64,000 bases of DNA from Octopus sinensis (lineage: Eukaryota). This document shows positions 1-12,149 of this stretch, in pieces; the first letter of the stretch is position 1; each line of letters begins with the position of its first letter. A model generated the notes under the pieces. It was not told the origin of the DNA, made no database searches, and was given only the letters and a program-made list of their open reading frames with translations. The translations under genes and the position numbers were made by a program. The DNA is taken from NCBI RefSeq assembly GCF_006345805.1, contig NC_043015.1, forward strand, positions 14,818,001 to 14,882,000, given 5' to 3'.

Positions 1-388
1 CTGTGCTGGTGGCACATAAAAAGCACTGTTTGAATGTGATTGTTACCAGTGTCGCTGTACTGGTACTTGTGCCAGTGGCACATGAAAAAATATTCAAGTG
101 AGGTCGTTACCAGTACTGCTGGACTGGCTCCTGTGCAGATGGCATGTAAAAAACACCATTTGAGCATGGCTGTTGCCAGTACTGCCTGACTGGCCCTCGT
201 GCTGCTGGCATGTAAAAGCACCCTCTACACTCTCAAAGTAGTTGGTGTTAGGAAGGGCATCCAGCTGTAGAAACTCTGCCAGATCAGATTGGAGCCCCGT
301 GTAGCCATCTGGTTCACCAGTCGTCAGTCAAATCGTCCAACCCATGCCAGCATGGAAAGCGGACTTTAAACGATGATGATGATGATGA
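1..388 (+). mobile_element. 3' end of an RTE-family LINE (modular 3'UTR and (GAT)n tail)
   Basis: GTGCYRGTGGCAC-AAAA modules, then ...ggaagggcatccagctgtagaaac...ccaacccatgccagcatggaaagcggac and a (GAT)n tail. The same modules follow the RTE ORF at 39420-39680. Confidence 0.75.
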
Positions 389-458
389 CATGTGTGTGTA
401 TTTTGCTGGCGTAAACTAACAAAGTTTGTAAACATTGAAAAGAAATATAAAAAAAGTG

Positions 459-2285
459 GACACTTGTGAAGACCTTTTGAGGCAAGTGAAAGTGAAAATC
501 AAAATAAAATAGATGAACATCAATGGAATTTGTATCTTTATGGTACCAGTGCCGGTGGCACACAAGAAAACCATCCGAACGTGGCCGTAGCCAGTACCGC
601 ATCGACTGGCCTCCGTGCTGTGGGCACGTAACAAACACCATCCGATCATGTCCGTTCACCAGCCTCATCAGGCACCTGTGTCGGTGGCACATAAAAACAC
701 CATCTGAAGACCCGGCAAGACTAGTCAGGCCATAACCCGTGGCCCCTACCTGGGACGTAGTCAGTCCGCCTGTGCATACCTTCCTTCTTGTGACACTTGT
801 GAAGACCTGTTGAGGCAAGTGATCAAATCAAAACAAATCAAAATAGATGAACATCAATGGAATTTGTATCTTTGTGGTACCAGGGCCGGTGGTACACAAG
901 ATAACCATCCGAACATGGCCGTAGCCAGTACCACATCGACTGGCCTCTGTGCTGTGGGCTCATAACAAACACCATCTGATCGTGGCCGTTCGCCAGCCTC
1001 ATCTGGCACCTGTGTCGGTGGCACATAAAAACACCATCCGAAGACCTGGCAAGACTAGTCAGGCCATAACCCGTGGCCTCTACCTGGGACGTAGTCAGTC
1101 CACCTGTGCATACCTTCCTTCTTGTGACACTTGTGAAGACCTGTTGAGACAAGTGATCAAATCAAATCAAAATAGATGAACATCAATGGAATTTGTATCT
1201 TTGTGGTACCAGTGCCGGTGGCACACAAGAAAACCATCCGAACGTGGCCGTAGACAGTACCGCATCGACTGGCCTCTGTGCTGTGGGCTCATAACAAACA
1301 CCATCCGATCGTGGCCGTTCGCCAGCCTCATCTGGCACCTGTGTCGGTGGCACATAAAAACACCATCTGAAGACCCGGCAAGACTAGTCAGGCCATAACC
1401 CGTGGCCTCTACCTTCCTTCTTGTGACACTTGTGAAGACCTGTTGAGACAAGTGATCAAATTCAAATCAAATCAAATCAAAATAGATGAACATCAATGGA
1501 ATTTGTATCTTTGTGGTACCATTGCCGGTGGCACACAAGAAAACCATCCGAACGTGGCCGTAGACAGTACCGCATCGACTGGCCTCCGTGCTGTGGGCAC
1601 GTAACAAACACCATCCATCTGGCACCTGTGTCGGAGGCACATAAAAACATCATCCGAAGACCCGGCAAGACTAGTCAGGCCATAACCCGTGGTCCCCTAC
1701 CTGGGACGTTGTCAGTTCACCTGTGCATACCTTCCTTCCTTCTTGTGACACTTGTGAAGACCTGTTGAGGCAAGTGAAAATCAAAAAAAATCAAATCAAA
1801 TCAAAATAGATGAACATCAATGGAATTTGTATCTTTGTGGTACCAGTGCCGGTGGCACACAAGAAAACCATCCGAACGTAGCCAGTACCGCATCGACTGG
1901 CCTCCGTGCTGTGGGCACGTAAGAAACACCATCCGATCGTGGCCGTTCGTCAGCCTCGTCTGGCACCTGTGTCGGTGGCACATAATAACACCATCCGAGC
2001 GTGGCCGTTCGCCAGCCTCGTCTGGCACCTGTGTCGGTGGCACATAAAAACACCATCCGAGCGTGGCCGTTCGCCAGCCTCGTCTGGCACCTGTGTCGGT
2101 GGCACATAAAATCACCCACTTCACTCTCGGAGTGGTTGGCGTTAGGAAGGGCATCCAGCTGTAGAAACACTGCCAGATCTGACTGGCCTGGTGCAGCCTT
2201 CGGGCTCCCCAGACCCCAGTTGAGCCGTCCAACCCATGCTAGCATGGAAAGCAGACGTTAAATGATGATGATGATGATGATGATG
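459..2285 (+). repeat. Five-unit tandem array (about 300-334 bp period) of an RTE 3'UTR segment, ending in the (GAT)n tail
   Basis: cacttgtgaagacc recurs at 461, 794, 1128, 1427 and 1749. Unit 5 carries three 62-bp sub-repeats (1927, 1989, 2051) and the terminal tail. gaagacccggcaag...cttgtgaagacctgttgaggcaagtgaaatc matches the post-ORF sequence at about 39290-39425. Confidence 0.9.
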
Positions 2286-2330
2286 TTTGATAATGTTCCA
2301 CTCTTTTGTAATATTTGTTCCACATTGAAA

Positions 2331-2539
2331 GTGGTGAGCTGGCAGAATCATTAGCACACCGGGCAAAATACTTAGTAACATTTTGTCTGTCTGTATGTTC
2401 TGAGTTCAAATCTTGTTGGGGTTGACTTTTGCCTTTCATCCTTTTGGAGTCAATAAAATAAGTGCCAGGTGAGCACTGGGGTTGATGTAATTAACTTACC
2501 ACTCCCCTGAAATTGCTGGCCTTGTGTCAGAATTTGAAA
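2331..2539 (+). mobile_element. SINE, family B (GGTGAGCTGGCAGAA head)
   Basis: Near-colinear second copy at 8110-8320; B-box-like gagttcaaatc; partial copies near 55672 and 57000. Confidence 0.75.
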
Positions 2540-2702
2540 GTTGAAATCAATATTTGTTCTGCACTGAATTGCAGATACTCCCTTTGCACTCTCTATCAGA
2601 AATACTAGTGATTAGCCCACTGAGAATATGTAGCCAAAGGTCCTATTGTTCACCCATTGTGATGTATAAACTAATTTTTTTTTTAAATAACAGTATTGAC
2701 AT

Positions 2703-3098
2703 AGGAGTGGCTGTGTGGTAAGTAGCTTGCTTACCAACCACATGGTTCTGGGTTCAGTCCTACTGCATGGCACCTTGGGCAAGTGTCTTCTACTATAGCT
2801 TCAGGTCGACCAAAGCCTTGTGAGTGGATTTGGTAGACGGAAACTGAAAGAAGCCCGTCGTACATATGTATATATGTGTGTGTGCATGTTTGTGTGTCTG
2901 TGTTTGTCTCCCTAACATTGCTTGACAACCGATGCTGGTGTGTTTATGTCCCTGTAACTTAGCGGTTCGGCAAAAGAGACCGATAGAATAAGTACTAGGC
3001 TTACAAAGAATAAGTCCTGGGGTCGATTTGCTGGACTAAAGGTGATGCTCCAGCATGGCCACAGTCAGATGACTGAAATAAGTAAAAGAGTAAAAGAG
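2703..3098 (+). mobile_element. tRNA-derived SINE, family A
   Basis: A-box tggctgtgtggt, B-box gggttcagtcc, ccttgggcaagtgtctt core, internal (TG)n, gtaaaaga tail; many other copies in the window. Confidence 0.85.
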
Positions 3099-5900
3099 TT
3101 TTGAATTGTGAAGGTATATATATGAATACTTGGAAATTATGTTATAGACATCAATTATATAATTAACATACAGTTGTGTTTCATAGAATAGAATTAACGG
3201 ATATTTTTATGCTGTTGAGTATGATACAGTCTTTTCAGGGTTTCAACTTGGATTCCAAGTATTTTCTAGCACTTTTAGTCATTAGTAATGTGAAAAATAT
3301 CATCAGAATAGTTCATCTATGAAAATGTTATGCACTCAATTTACGCGTTAAGTGTTTAATTATTTTAGTTAATTAGCTAGAAACATAACTCTAAAAGATA
3401 AAAGCAATTCCAGCTCAAAGACTTGCATAATTTATTCAAATTCAAGTTTAATACTTTTATATAATTTTCAGTGTAAATTAGCGTTTTCATGAATGTTATG
3501 TAAGATTTCATAAAACCTTTACAAAGCAATAGAAATTAATTAAATTGAATAAAAAACAGCAAAAATAGAAAGTTAACTTGAAATATGAAAAATGTTGCAA
3601 TAAACATAACATTTAGAAGAAAAGGTCAGATTAGATAGTTAATCATCTCTCAACTCAGATGTTAAGTGAAAACTGCTAGAAACCACCTGCATTTGTTTTG
3701 TTCTTGTGTTCTTGTTTTCTGGGTTTCAACTGTCATTAGTGTTAAAACAGCACTGATCAATTTTCTGTAATTCTTAAAGAAATGTTGACTATAAAATTGT
3801 TTCCTTGTCAAAGGCTATCACTGTTGCTAGTCAAGTTGCATGTCGGGTCATTTGATTTCATACCCAGTAGAGCTATTTAATAAATTGCATTTTCCTCTTT
3901 GAAATATTTTCCCCTCCCCAAATCAAACTAAACTTTTATGTCTGATTAGCAATGGCTCTCAACCTGGCATATACTATGCAACCCAAAAATATTAGAGAAA
4001 TTCTCTTCCCCACCCTGCTACTGCCATCTTTATTTTTGAAAATACAAAATAGAATTTGCATTTGTATACTTCTTCTTCACTATAGTGATGGACAACATTA
4101 AAATGTTTAAAACCATTTTAGTCTTCTTAAACATAGTAGTTTGTTATCCTCCATTTAAATCTTCATGCTTTCACCACTACCAGGGTACCCACCTCATGAG
4201 AAGCACTGAGCTTTTTCATTTATCCTAAAAAATTTCTTACAAGTTTTATAATTAGTCTTTTCATTTTTGTTTAAGTCTTGAAGTTTGGAGATCTGATATA
4301 TCATTCTATTTTAGATTAATGTGATTTTACATTTAATTTGATTTTTTATTTCAGATTTGTCTTCATAGTTTTTATATAAAATTTTCAATTATAAGTCTTT
4401 TGTCAGGTAAAGTATATCTATCGATTTCTTTGTAAAGCTACAACTTGTCAAAAAGAGCATTGGGAGTTACAACTTGAGTGTTCTGTAAATACTCAATCAT
4501 TATTGATGTGTGTGCTATACATAGATTTATTTCCTTTTCATCTCTTTCAATATGAAATAAGAAATTTAGTTTGATTAATTATTGACAGTGCTCAGTGTAT
4601 TCTATTGAATCCTTGGTCTTTCTCTAAGGAAGAGAGTGATTTGATAAGCACCTATGATATATTCTGAAGTTTGTGAAACTTAGAAAGAAAATAAATGTAG
4701 AATTTGCAATTATTAAGTATAATGGTTTAAACATTCGATGTTCTCCCAGAACTGTTGAATAAGGAGGAGGAAAAAGCACACGGGGAAATTGGCAGTTTTA
4801 GAAAGAAATCTTTTTTAGATTTTGCAATAAAATGCAAAGTAAATGAAAGTAGCATTCTGTCCACCAAGAATACATCTATACTTCTTGTCAAATCTACAAA
4901 TCTAGAGGCCTTTTTCCATCAATAAAGTAAAATAGTATTCACCTTCATTTCCATCCTTCTATATTCATGAATGATAAAATCATCTTCAATGCAGCACTTT
5001 TATGATCTTTGCTCTAACAATCTTTTCAATGGGAAATTATTTCCTAGCTTTCTATAACACCACCATGACACAAACTTGTAATATATGTAAGAGAATCTCA
5101 CACAAGATTCAGCTAAATTCCTGAAATTCATTTCAAATGCTAGGCCTTCACAATCTTTGGCATATCTCTTACAGTATTCTTACATTTATAATATTGCCAA
5201 ACCTACATCCCAAGGACAAGACTTTCTCTGCAGGGCTAGACAGTTTGTCATCCAAGATCTGTTACTGGTTTTCTACACAGTATCACATAACTGGGGCAGT
5301 GCAGTTGTCATACACATAAAAACATTCTAGATCACATCAGAACAAAATACATGTGAATGATTAGCTAAGATTCTCTCGTTCATTTTCTCCATCCACTTGT
5401 CTTAAGACATGGTATTTTTTTACCCCTTTATCACTTTATCATCTCTCAGTAAAGTTGGATAATAATGACATACAACAGATCACAAATGGCTGTTTCAATA
5501 TTTTGTCATATCATTTGCGAGGCCTGATATCCTGAGATCTGATCCCCCACCCATCCATATCTAGTAATCAGTGTACCACATCTGCTTAAAAATATGCTTT
5601 TCCTACTCTCATTTTCCCTGCAATAAACCCTCCTCCCTGTCTCTTCTATGTTTTCCTCACAGATCTTACTTTGAAGACCAATTACATGCAGGGTAGGCAA
5701 AAGTTATAGCCATCTACCTCTTCACCTCATTAAATAATTAAAAGAATATTTAGGAGTTAAGTGATTTTTTTTTTGCATTATCTAATTAAAAATAATTTTA
5801 TTATCTAATTAAAAATGATAATTCTTCTCTTTCTTTCTTGAAAAGTCTTATCTGGTTTGCTGCCTGTTTTAGTAAGAATTGTAAACATAAAATGATGTGA

Positions 5901-5958
5901 AAATGGCAAATATGTTGCCAGTTCCCAGTATGGGATGCTGGCAACATATTTGCAATTT
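5901..5958. other. Compact hairpin (16-bp perfect core)
   Basis: gcaaatatgttgccag (5906-5921) is the exact reverse complement of 5938-5953. There is also an inner tccca/tggga stem and an outer aaat/attt stem. Confidence 0.85.
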
Positions 5959-6629
5959 GTGCCCCTTGGCTAAAACTAGTAAAAGCTCAATGGAGAGCTT
6001 GACTGATTCATTTATCATACCTATAACTAACATGTACAAGAGTCTTCTGATTTAACTGTAAGGTAGGTTTTCTTCAGAAGCAAGATCAATGAGATGGTCA
6101 TGCTACTTTATCACAATAATCACCTCATGCATCATAAAATACATTCTCTAATGTAGTTAGAGTTATATAAGAAACTTTACTTTTCATGCTATATCAGTAC
6201 CACACGTGATCATCTCAGTTCATATGCTTGGCTGCAGGATAATACTTTATTTTGTATATTGAATTATGCAAGGCTTTAAAATGACTTGAGCAATATGAAT
6301 TTGATAGGCATTTTCTTACAGTTGTTTACCGTGTACCTAAAGGCAGATAAAATAGACAGTTTAGATAAAAAGAAAGTTCACAGTATGGTCCATATGTAGA
6401 ATAGTATTCAGATAAGTATTAGATTCTGCCCTTTCAAATATTTAATATACTAGTAGAAAGACCACCCTCTAGGCAGTTTTCTGCTAGCCACTTGATAATA
6501 TTTTCACATTTGATTCCCAATTCTAATAATTTTTATGATTTTTATGTCTAATTATTTCTTTGTATAATAGTGCTTACTTGCTTAGTAAATATTGCTTTCA
6601 TTATTTTATCACTTATAATCTCTCTTTTT

Positions 6630-7960
6630 TAAACAAACGTAAAGGTAGTTCAACTATGTTTAGTGTGCAAAAAAATAGCATCGATCACATAGAGATATTT
6701 TAATACCTATAGCATATCAAATAGCTATAGCAGCAAATTCACTTGAAAATTCTTAGATAACAAAAGAGAGGAAATAAGTCGCATGAGTTCGAAGCTTCAG
6801 TAAGTTTTTAATAAGTTGTCCAATATAATTTTTTTCCAGTATGTACAAACAATAAACTGAGGGAATTTACACAGCAAAATTTAAGTCAACAAAATACTTG
6901 ATTTCTTCATGTGAAATAATGAAATAAAAAAATTGCAATGAATATATATTAAGTAATTAATATATTAAGTATTATAATTAATGATAATAATTAGAGGTGG
7001 GAGAAAGAGAGTGAGAGACTGTACTGCAAATGAAAATGAAAAATCTCACCAGAACAATATTGTTTATCAAATGTTAAAATCTGTTCTCCAGTGAACATAA
7101 AGCTTGGCAACGAATATTCAAATTTGTGATATTAAGTAATAACAGATGCTTTGAAACTGCCTTTTTATCAATATATATTAATAGAGAAATTTTTCAGAGA
7201 GTCAAACCTATAAAAACTCATTAAAAACTATCTTGTTCTGATTATTTAAATTTGTGAACTTGAAATATTCAATAATAAAAGGAAGTTCAGAAAATAAATT
7301 TTCCGGAAAACTTCAATTTATAAAAAATCTTACTTGATTAGTAAATATTTCTTTCAGTAATTTATCATAGTTGCAATATATCTCTAATTTAAACAAACTT
7401 CAAGGTAACCCAACTATGTTTAGCATACTAGAAATAGCAATGATCACATAGTTATTATTGTAAGGCTTATAGTGTTCCAAACAGCCATACCAACAAAATC
7501 ACTTCCTAATTTTTTTTGTAATATTTATCAAAAATATTCACTTAACAAACTCTGGAAACTGATATTCTTGAAATTGTGCCTCATATAAACCTCAAAGTTA
7601 TGTAGCTATTTTGTCTAATAGCATTCATTCATTTAATAAATTTTTTTTAAAATTACATATATAGAATAAACTGTGGGTTTTTTTGCAAATAGCAAATTAA
7701 AACTTGAAATGAAAGCATTGAAATGAATATATATTTAACTATCCTTAATGAAAATAGAGGCAAGAGAGAGTGAGAAACTGTTGCAAAAGAATAATATAGT
7801 TTATTATTTTAAACATTAAAATCTATGCTGCAGTGAATGCAGCAAATATTTAAATTTGTGAAACACTTGTAGGTCAAATATTCAATAAACTTCAGAAATT
7901 GAAATTACAGGAAATTTCTTGGAAAATGATTTTATAAAAAGATTTCCAGATGGTCAAGCC
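6630..7960. repeat. Old diverged tandem duplication, about 760-bp period
   Basis: Colinear blocks: aaacaaac..aaggta..caactatgtttag (about 6631 and 7391); aataaactg; aatgaatatatatt; tagagg..gagagtgaga.actg; ttaaaatct.t.ct.cagtgaa. Confidence 0.7.
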
Positions 7961-8109
7961 TTTAATAATTTCTTTCTTTTCGTAACTGTTACATACCTAA
8001 TTAATAAGCAGCTTTCTCCATTATAGTATAGATAGAGTGTCCATTGGTTTTGTGGAGAGTGCAGTAACTAATACTTTTTCATTTTAATACTTCTTAATAT
8101 ATTTACTAG

Positions 8110-8320
8110 GTGGTGAGCTGGCAGAATTATTAGCATGCTTGGCAAAATGCTTAGCAGCTTTTTGTCCATCTTCATGCTGCAGAGTTTAAATTCTGCTAAG
8201 GTTGACTTTGCCTTTCACCTTTTCAAGGTTGATAAAATCAGCACCAGTTGAATACTGAGATTGATATAATCAACTTATCTCTTCCCCTGAAATTGTTGGC
8301 CTTGTGCCAAAATTTGAAAC
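8110..8320 (+). mobile_element. SINE, family B
   Basis: Aligns by eye along its length to 2331-2539. Confidence 0.75.
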
Positions 8321-8675
8321 CAATATTTCTTGATTTAATTATTTTGCATTTTGATCTTTAAGAGTAAACATAAAATCTGCAATTTACAATTTACAATAAA
8401 GTACCTAGTATGGTTTCTACCATGATGGGGCATCACTTCTATTTTCTGCTACTAAAAATATGTTTGACAATCAAGGAATAGGGAAATTTTCTTCTTTCTT
8501 CTGATTTATCCTGATATTTTACACTACCACCTAATAAAAATTTAGAGCTGCAAAAAAAAAAAAAAAGAAAGAAAGAAAGAGAAGATCCATACACATCAAT
8601 ACCATTATCATCATAATTTCTTTCTCTCTTATCATCGTCATCATCATTTATATTGTAAATTGTTTTACATATATT

Positions 8676-8737
8676 GTCCAACCCATGCTAGCATGGAAAA
8701 CGGACGCTAAATGATGATGATGATGATGATGATGATG
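8676..8737 (+). mobile_element. Very short 5'-truncated RTE-tail insertion
   Basis: tgtccaacccatgctagcatggaaaacggacgctaaat(gat)n matches the RTE terminus at 358 and 2250. Confidence 0.75.
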
Positions 8738-9027
8738 TAAAAATGCATATTTCTGGATTTATAATTGATATAGCAAATTTTCTTAAAAAATAAATATTCT
8801 GAATCTAAAAATATCTATTTTTAGATGGATTTTTTTCTCTATTTCTCCAATTTATACCTGATATTACATAGCATTAGAGATTTGTTTATTTTTCCATTTT
8901 TTCCCCCAACATACAATAATCAGAGTTTTCCTGTCAACAGCTTCTCGATACATTCCTCAGAGAGATTAAACAGAAAAAATAATTTTAAAGTTTTGTAAAA
9001 TAGCATTTTCTGTTTTTTAATTTGCAG

Positions 9028-9088
9028 GGAGGCTTGCATCCAGATGGACCACTTTGTAATTTTCAAGGATTTTGGCTGACATATTTTG
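9028..9088 (+). CDS. cAMP-receptor-like GPCR, first coding exon seen in window (exon A; GGLHPDGPLCNFQGFWLTYF-D)
   Basis: Acceptor ttttaatttgcag, donor G|gtaaga; 61 nt, ends phase 1 and joins 11039 in frame. Contains the ECL1/TM3 Cys (PLC). Confidence 0.9.
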
Positions 9089-9126
9089 GTAAGATTTCTT
9101 CTTTTTTAATAAAGCATATCTTATGT

Positions 9127-9661
9127 ATCATCATCAGCAGCATCACCGTCATCACCACCACCACCACCATCATCATCATCACCACCACTACCACCACCGT
9201 CATCATCATTATGATCATCATCATCATTTAGCATACATTGGATGAATGATTTGAAAGGATCTGATAGCTCCAAGGACTGCATCATGCTCTACTGCCTACT
9301 TTTTCATGGATTGTATGACTGTATACACCTCCTAATGATAACCACTTTACAATATATACTGGATGCTTTTTATGGGCAGTCAGCACTAGTGAGGTCACCA
9401 TGCAGCTTGCAAACTACAAAATCCAAAAGAGGTGGCTTATACTGGAGTATGAGAGAAGGGCTAGAGCAGAACATGTTTCTTACTGTAGAGGAGCCACATG
9501 GCTACTCTCATTCTAGAAGAGAGAGTGGAAGGTAGTCAGAGTGGAGTATAGAATAGATAAAAATAATGGTAGTGAAGCATCTGCCTGGACCCTTTAGATA
9601 TGGTAGTTTCCTTCCTTCTCGAGTCATGCTGACTAATAAGGGTCAATTTCCCAGTTTCCAT

Positions 9662-9695
<34 letters not shown>

Positions 9696-10390
9696 TCCTC
9701 ACCTGGACAGGATGCTAGTCCATTTCAGAGTTACTCAGTTTTGCCAGCTGAGTATACTGAAGTAACATCAAATGAAGTGTTTTGCTCAAAAGCACAATCT
9801 TATGATCATGAATCCAATACCCCTAACCATTAAGCCACACACCTCCACAAGGTAAGAGGGGAATAGAAATGAATGGAGGCAGAAAAAATGGGATTGTGGG
9901 TGGTGGTCACTAGAGTGTATATGAAAGTGAGAGATGGGGATTGGGTAAAGCAGTGAAAATAGTGAGTGAAGAACAAATTTTGAATGGTTGGTAAGTAGGG
10001 AAAGGGGAAAAGTAGGTAGAGCTTAACTGAGGATGGATGTAGTAAATGGTGGATAATGGGTGGGGAGTGACCGATGGTATTGGGAATGAAGAGTTGCAGA
10101 ACAGTGGTGATGATACAATCAACAGGAAAATATTAGGAAGAAAAGGAGAGAATGAAATGGGTAGGATGCAAGGATAGGGAAGAGGCAGGTGTAGTGCATG
10201 GGAGAGTGAGAGATGTATGGTGATGGAGAAGGAGTGATAATTAGGTAGCTCAGGAGGGTGATCACTGTAAAATGTGGGTGGAGAGGACAGTATAAAAAAA
10301 TGAGGAATAGATATCTAGTGAAATAGTTTTGAGTTGTGAGAAAAATAAGTTGTATGAATGAAAAGCTGCAGTGCCTTGTAGAGGAAATTG
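9127..10390 (-). mobile_element. RTE 3'UTR fragment (purine-rich on +), interrupted by a family C SINE at about 9601-9848
   Basis: (CAT/CAC)n tail, then sequence colinear with 13120-14170; the SINE segment resembles 61870-62085. Confidence 0.7.
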
Positions 10391-10589
10391 GGCAATGGGT
10401 CTGGTTGTGCATATATTTATATACGCATACAGGACTTCGGGAAATTAGTTTTGCCAAGTTGGGCAGGTCTTTTTTTTGAAAACTATATATTGCCTGTTAC
10501 CCCAGTCCTTTCAACCTTCACCATTTATCTTAGGTTTCCTTCATTTTACATCTTCTGCAAGTTCAGTCTGCATTAAGTGATTGGCACCC

Positions 10590-10732
10590 CTTTATCCATC
10601 TGCCAAATCCACTCACAAGGCTTTGATCAGTCTGGGGCTATAAGTAGAAGACACTCACCCAAGGTGCCATATAATGAAACTGAACCTGGAATCATGTGGT
10701 TGCGAAGCAAACCTCTTACCACACAGCCATGT
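10590..10732 (-). mobile_element. SINE family A, head fragment
   Basis: Reverse complement of the 2703 head (aaatccactcacaaggctttg...cttaccacacagccat). Confidence 0.75.
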
Positions 10733-11038
10733 CTGTTTATATGTATAAACACACACACACACACGTTTTTTGACATTGAACAAATTGGAAAGAGTCTTAG
10801 TTATTAAATGATTTTTAGACTATATCTAATTTCTCTATGACACTCTTAAATTATGAACATAAAATATATATTATATTGAAAAGCATTTTAAATATAATTA
10901 GATACAAGGAATTAGTAGTATTTAGTCAGCATCAGCTGGGGAATAAAAGACCATTATTATTACCAAAACAGCTATTTTTCTTCTTTCTCTTCATATTATA
11001 TATCATTCATTCGATTATTTTATTCTATTTTACTACAG

Positions 11039-11126
11039 ACTGGACAGTATTGTTATGGGTGAGCTGTATAACTTTCAATTTATATATGAATGTGGTTCGA
11101 GCAACAGAAACTGAAAAGTTTGAATG
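11039..11126 (+). CDS. GPCR exon B (D-WTVLLWVSCITFNLYMNVVRATETEKFE-W; TM3/ICL2)
   Basis: Acceptor tttactacag, donor TG|gtaagt; 88 nt, phase 1 to 2. Confidence 0.92.
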
Positions 11127-12149
11127 GTAAGTATCGGTAAAAATCTTGGGATTCTTTAAGTGACGTTAAATACTCAAAGACAATATTTTATATTGTTTAC
11201 TTAGTGGTAGAGTTTCCATCATTGGCTAATTTTGATATTGTGTTCTATTACAATGATGTTATTTAACTTTTGATGTCAGAGGTAACTAGTTGACAGCAGT
11301 GTTAAAACATAAAATTAAGTTTCATCCCCTTGTATTTTGAGTTTAAATGTGGTCAACAATAAATTAGTTTATATCATTTATATTCGAGGTCAAATCAACT
11401 TGTTCCCTTCATCACAAAAAATTTATACCATGTTTCAAAATTATTGTTGTTGAATAGATTTGAAGATTTTGATATTCTCAATAGTGAAGAAGCAAGTACC
11501 TCAAATCTGTTCTACCTTTATAAATATGACATCCAATTGGTAATAACCAAGTATTACCTGTTTTCTGTGAAAGATACATCCAGGTTTCTTAAAGAGGAAC
11601 CCTGGGTTCTATGAAAAATATTTAGAGTTCCATTTTCAAAATATTTCAAAAGTTGTATAATTTTTTTATGAATAAATGTCTCTATAATAAATATTTGTTC
11701 TATTTAGTGTTTAATGTCAATATATGGTTCCACAAACCATATATTGAGATTTGTGTTAAAATATGTTTGTGAATGACAAGACCAGAGCATGCTGAAAAAG
11801 TTGATGATGAAAGATTATTTTTCATTTAAAATTTGGTATACAATCCCCCTCCTGACCCACCAAAAAACACATACAGTAAAGAAAGAAGGATGTGGGACAT
11901 AAAGGGTGTGATACATACACTATTGTTATTTCTCTCTGCTAACCAAATGTAGTACTTGTGAATACTCTATGTGAATACCACTTTAAGGCAGAGACAGAAA
12001 AAAAACTGTTAGTAAACTACCTTTCAGACCACCATGCATATGTAATGTATTTCCAGACCCTTTAATTTCACAATTGCTTTCTTAACTTTGTCATCTATGT
12101 GTATTGTGACAATGTAAAGAAGTTATATGTATTTTTGTCTTCTGCATGT

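Noticed and set aside
640-2110. CRISPR-like, HDV-like or hammerhead reading of the modules (CCAGCCTCGTCTGGC resembles HDV P3/L3; CTGATGA on minus at about 665)
   Set aside because: No unique spacers or cas genes. No P1 partner for an HDV fold. The hammerhead core appears in only one unit (others read CAGATGA) and is followed by GAAC with no valid stem III or cleavage triplet.
366-2261. Many overlapping 60-150-aa ORFs with repeated MCHRHRC or MEFVSLWY peptides
   Set aside because: They are translations of the GC-richer tandem RTE 3'UTR units in several frames on both strands; no splice or domain support.
4355-4406. Exon-like segment (tttcag...CAG|gtaaag) as the missing TM1-2 exon
   Set aside because: No frame gives a convincing TM1/TM2 sequence or joins phase-0 exon A; two frames contain stops.
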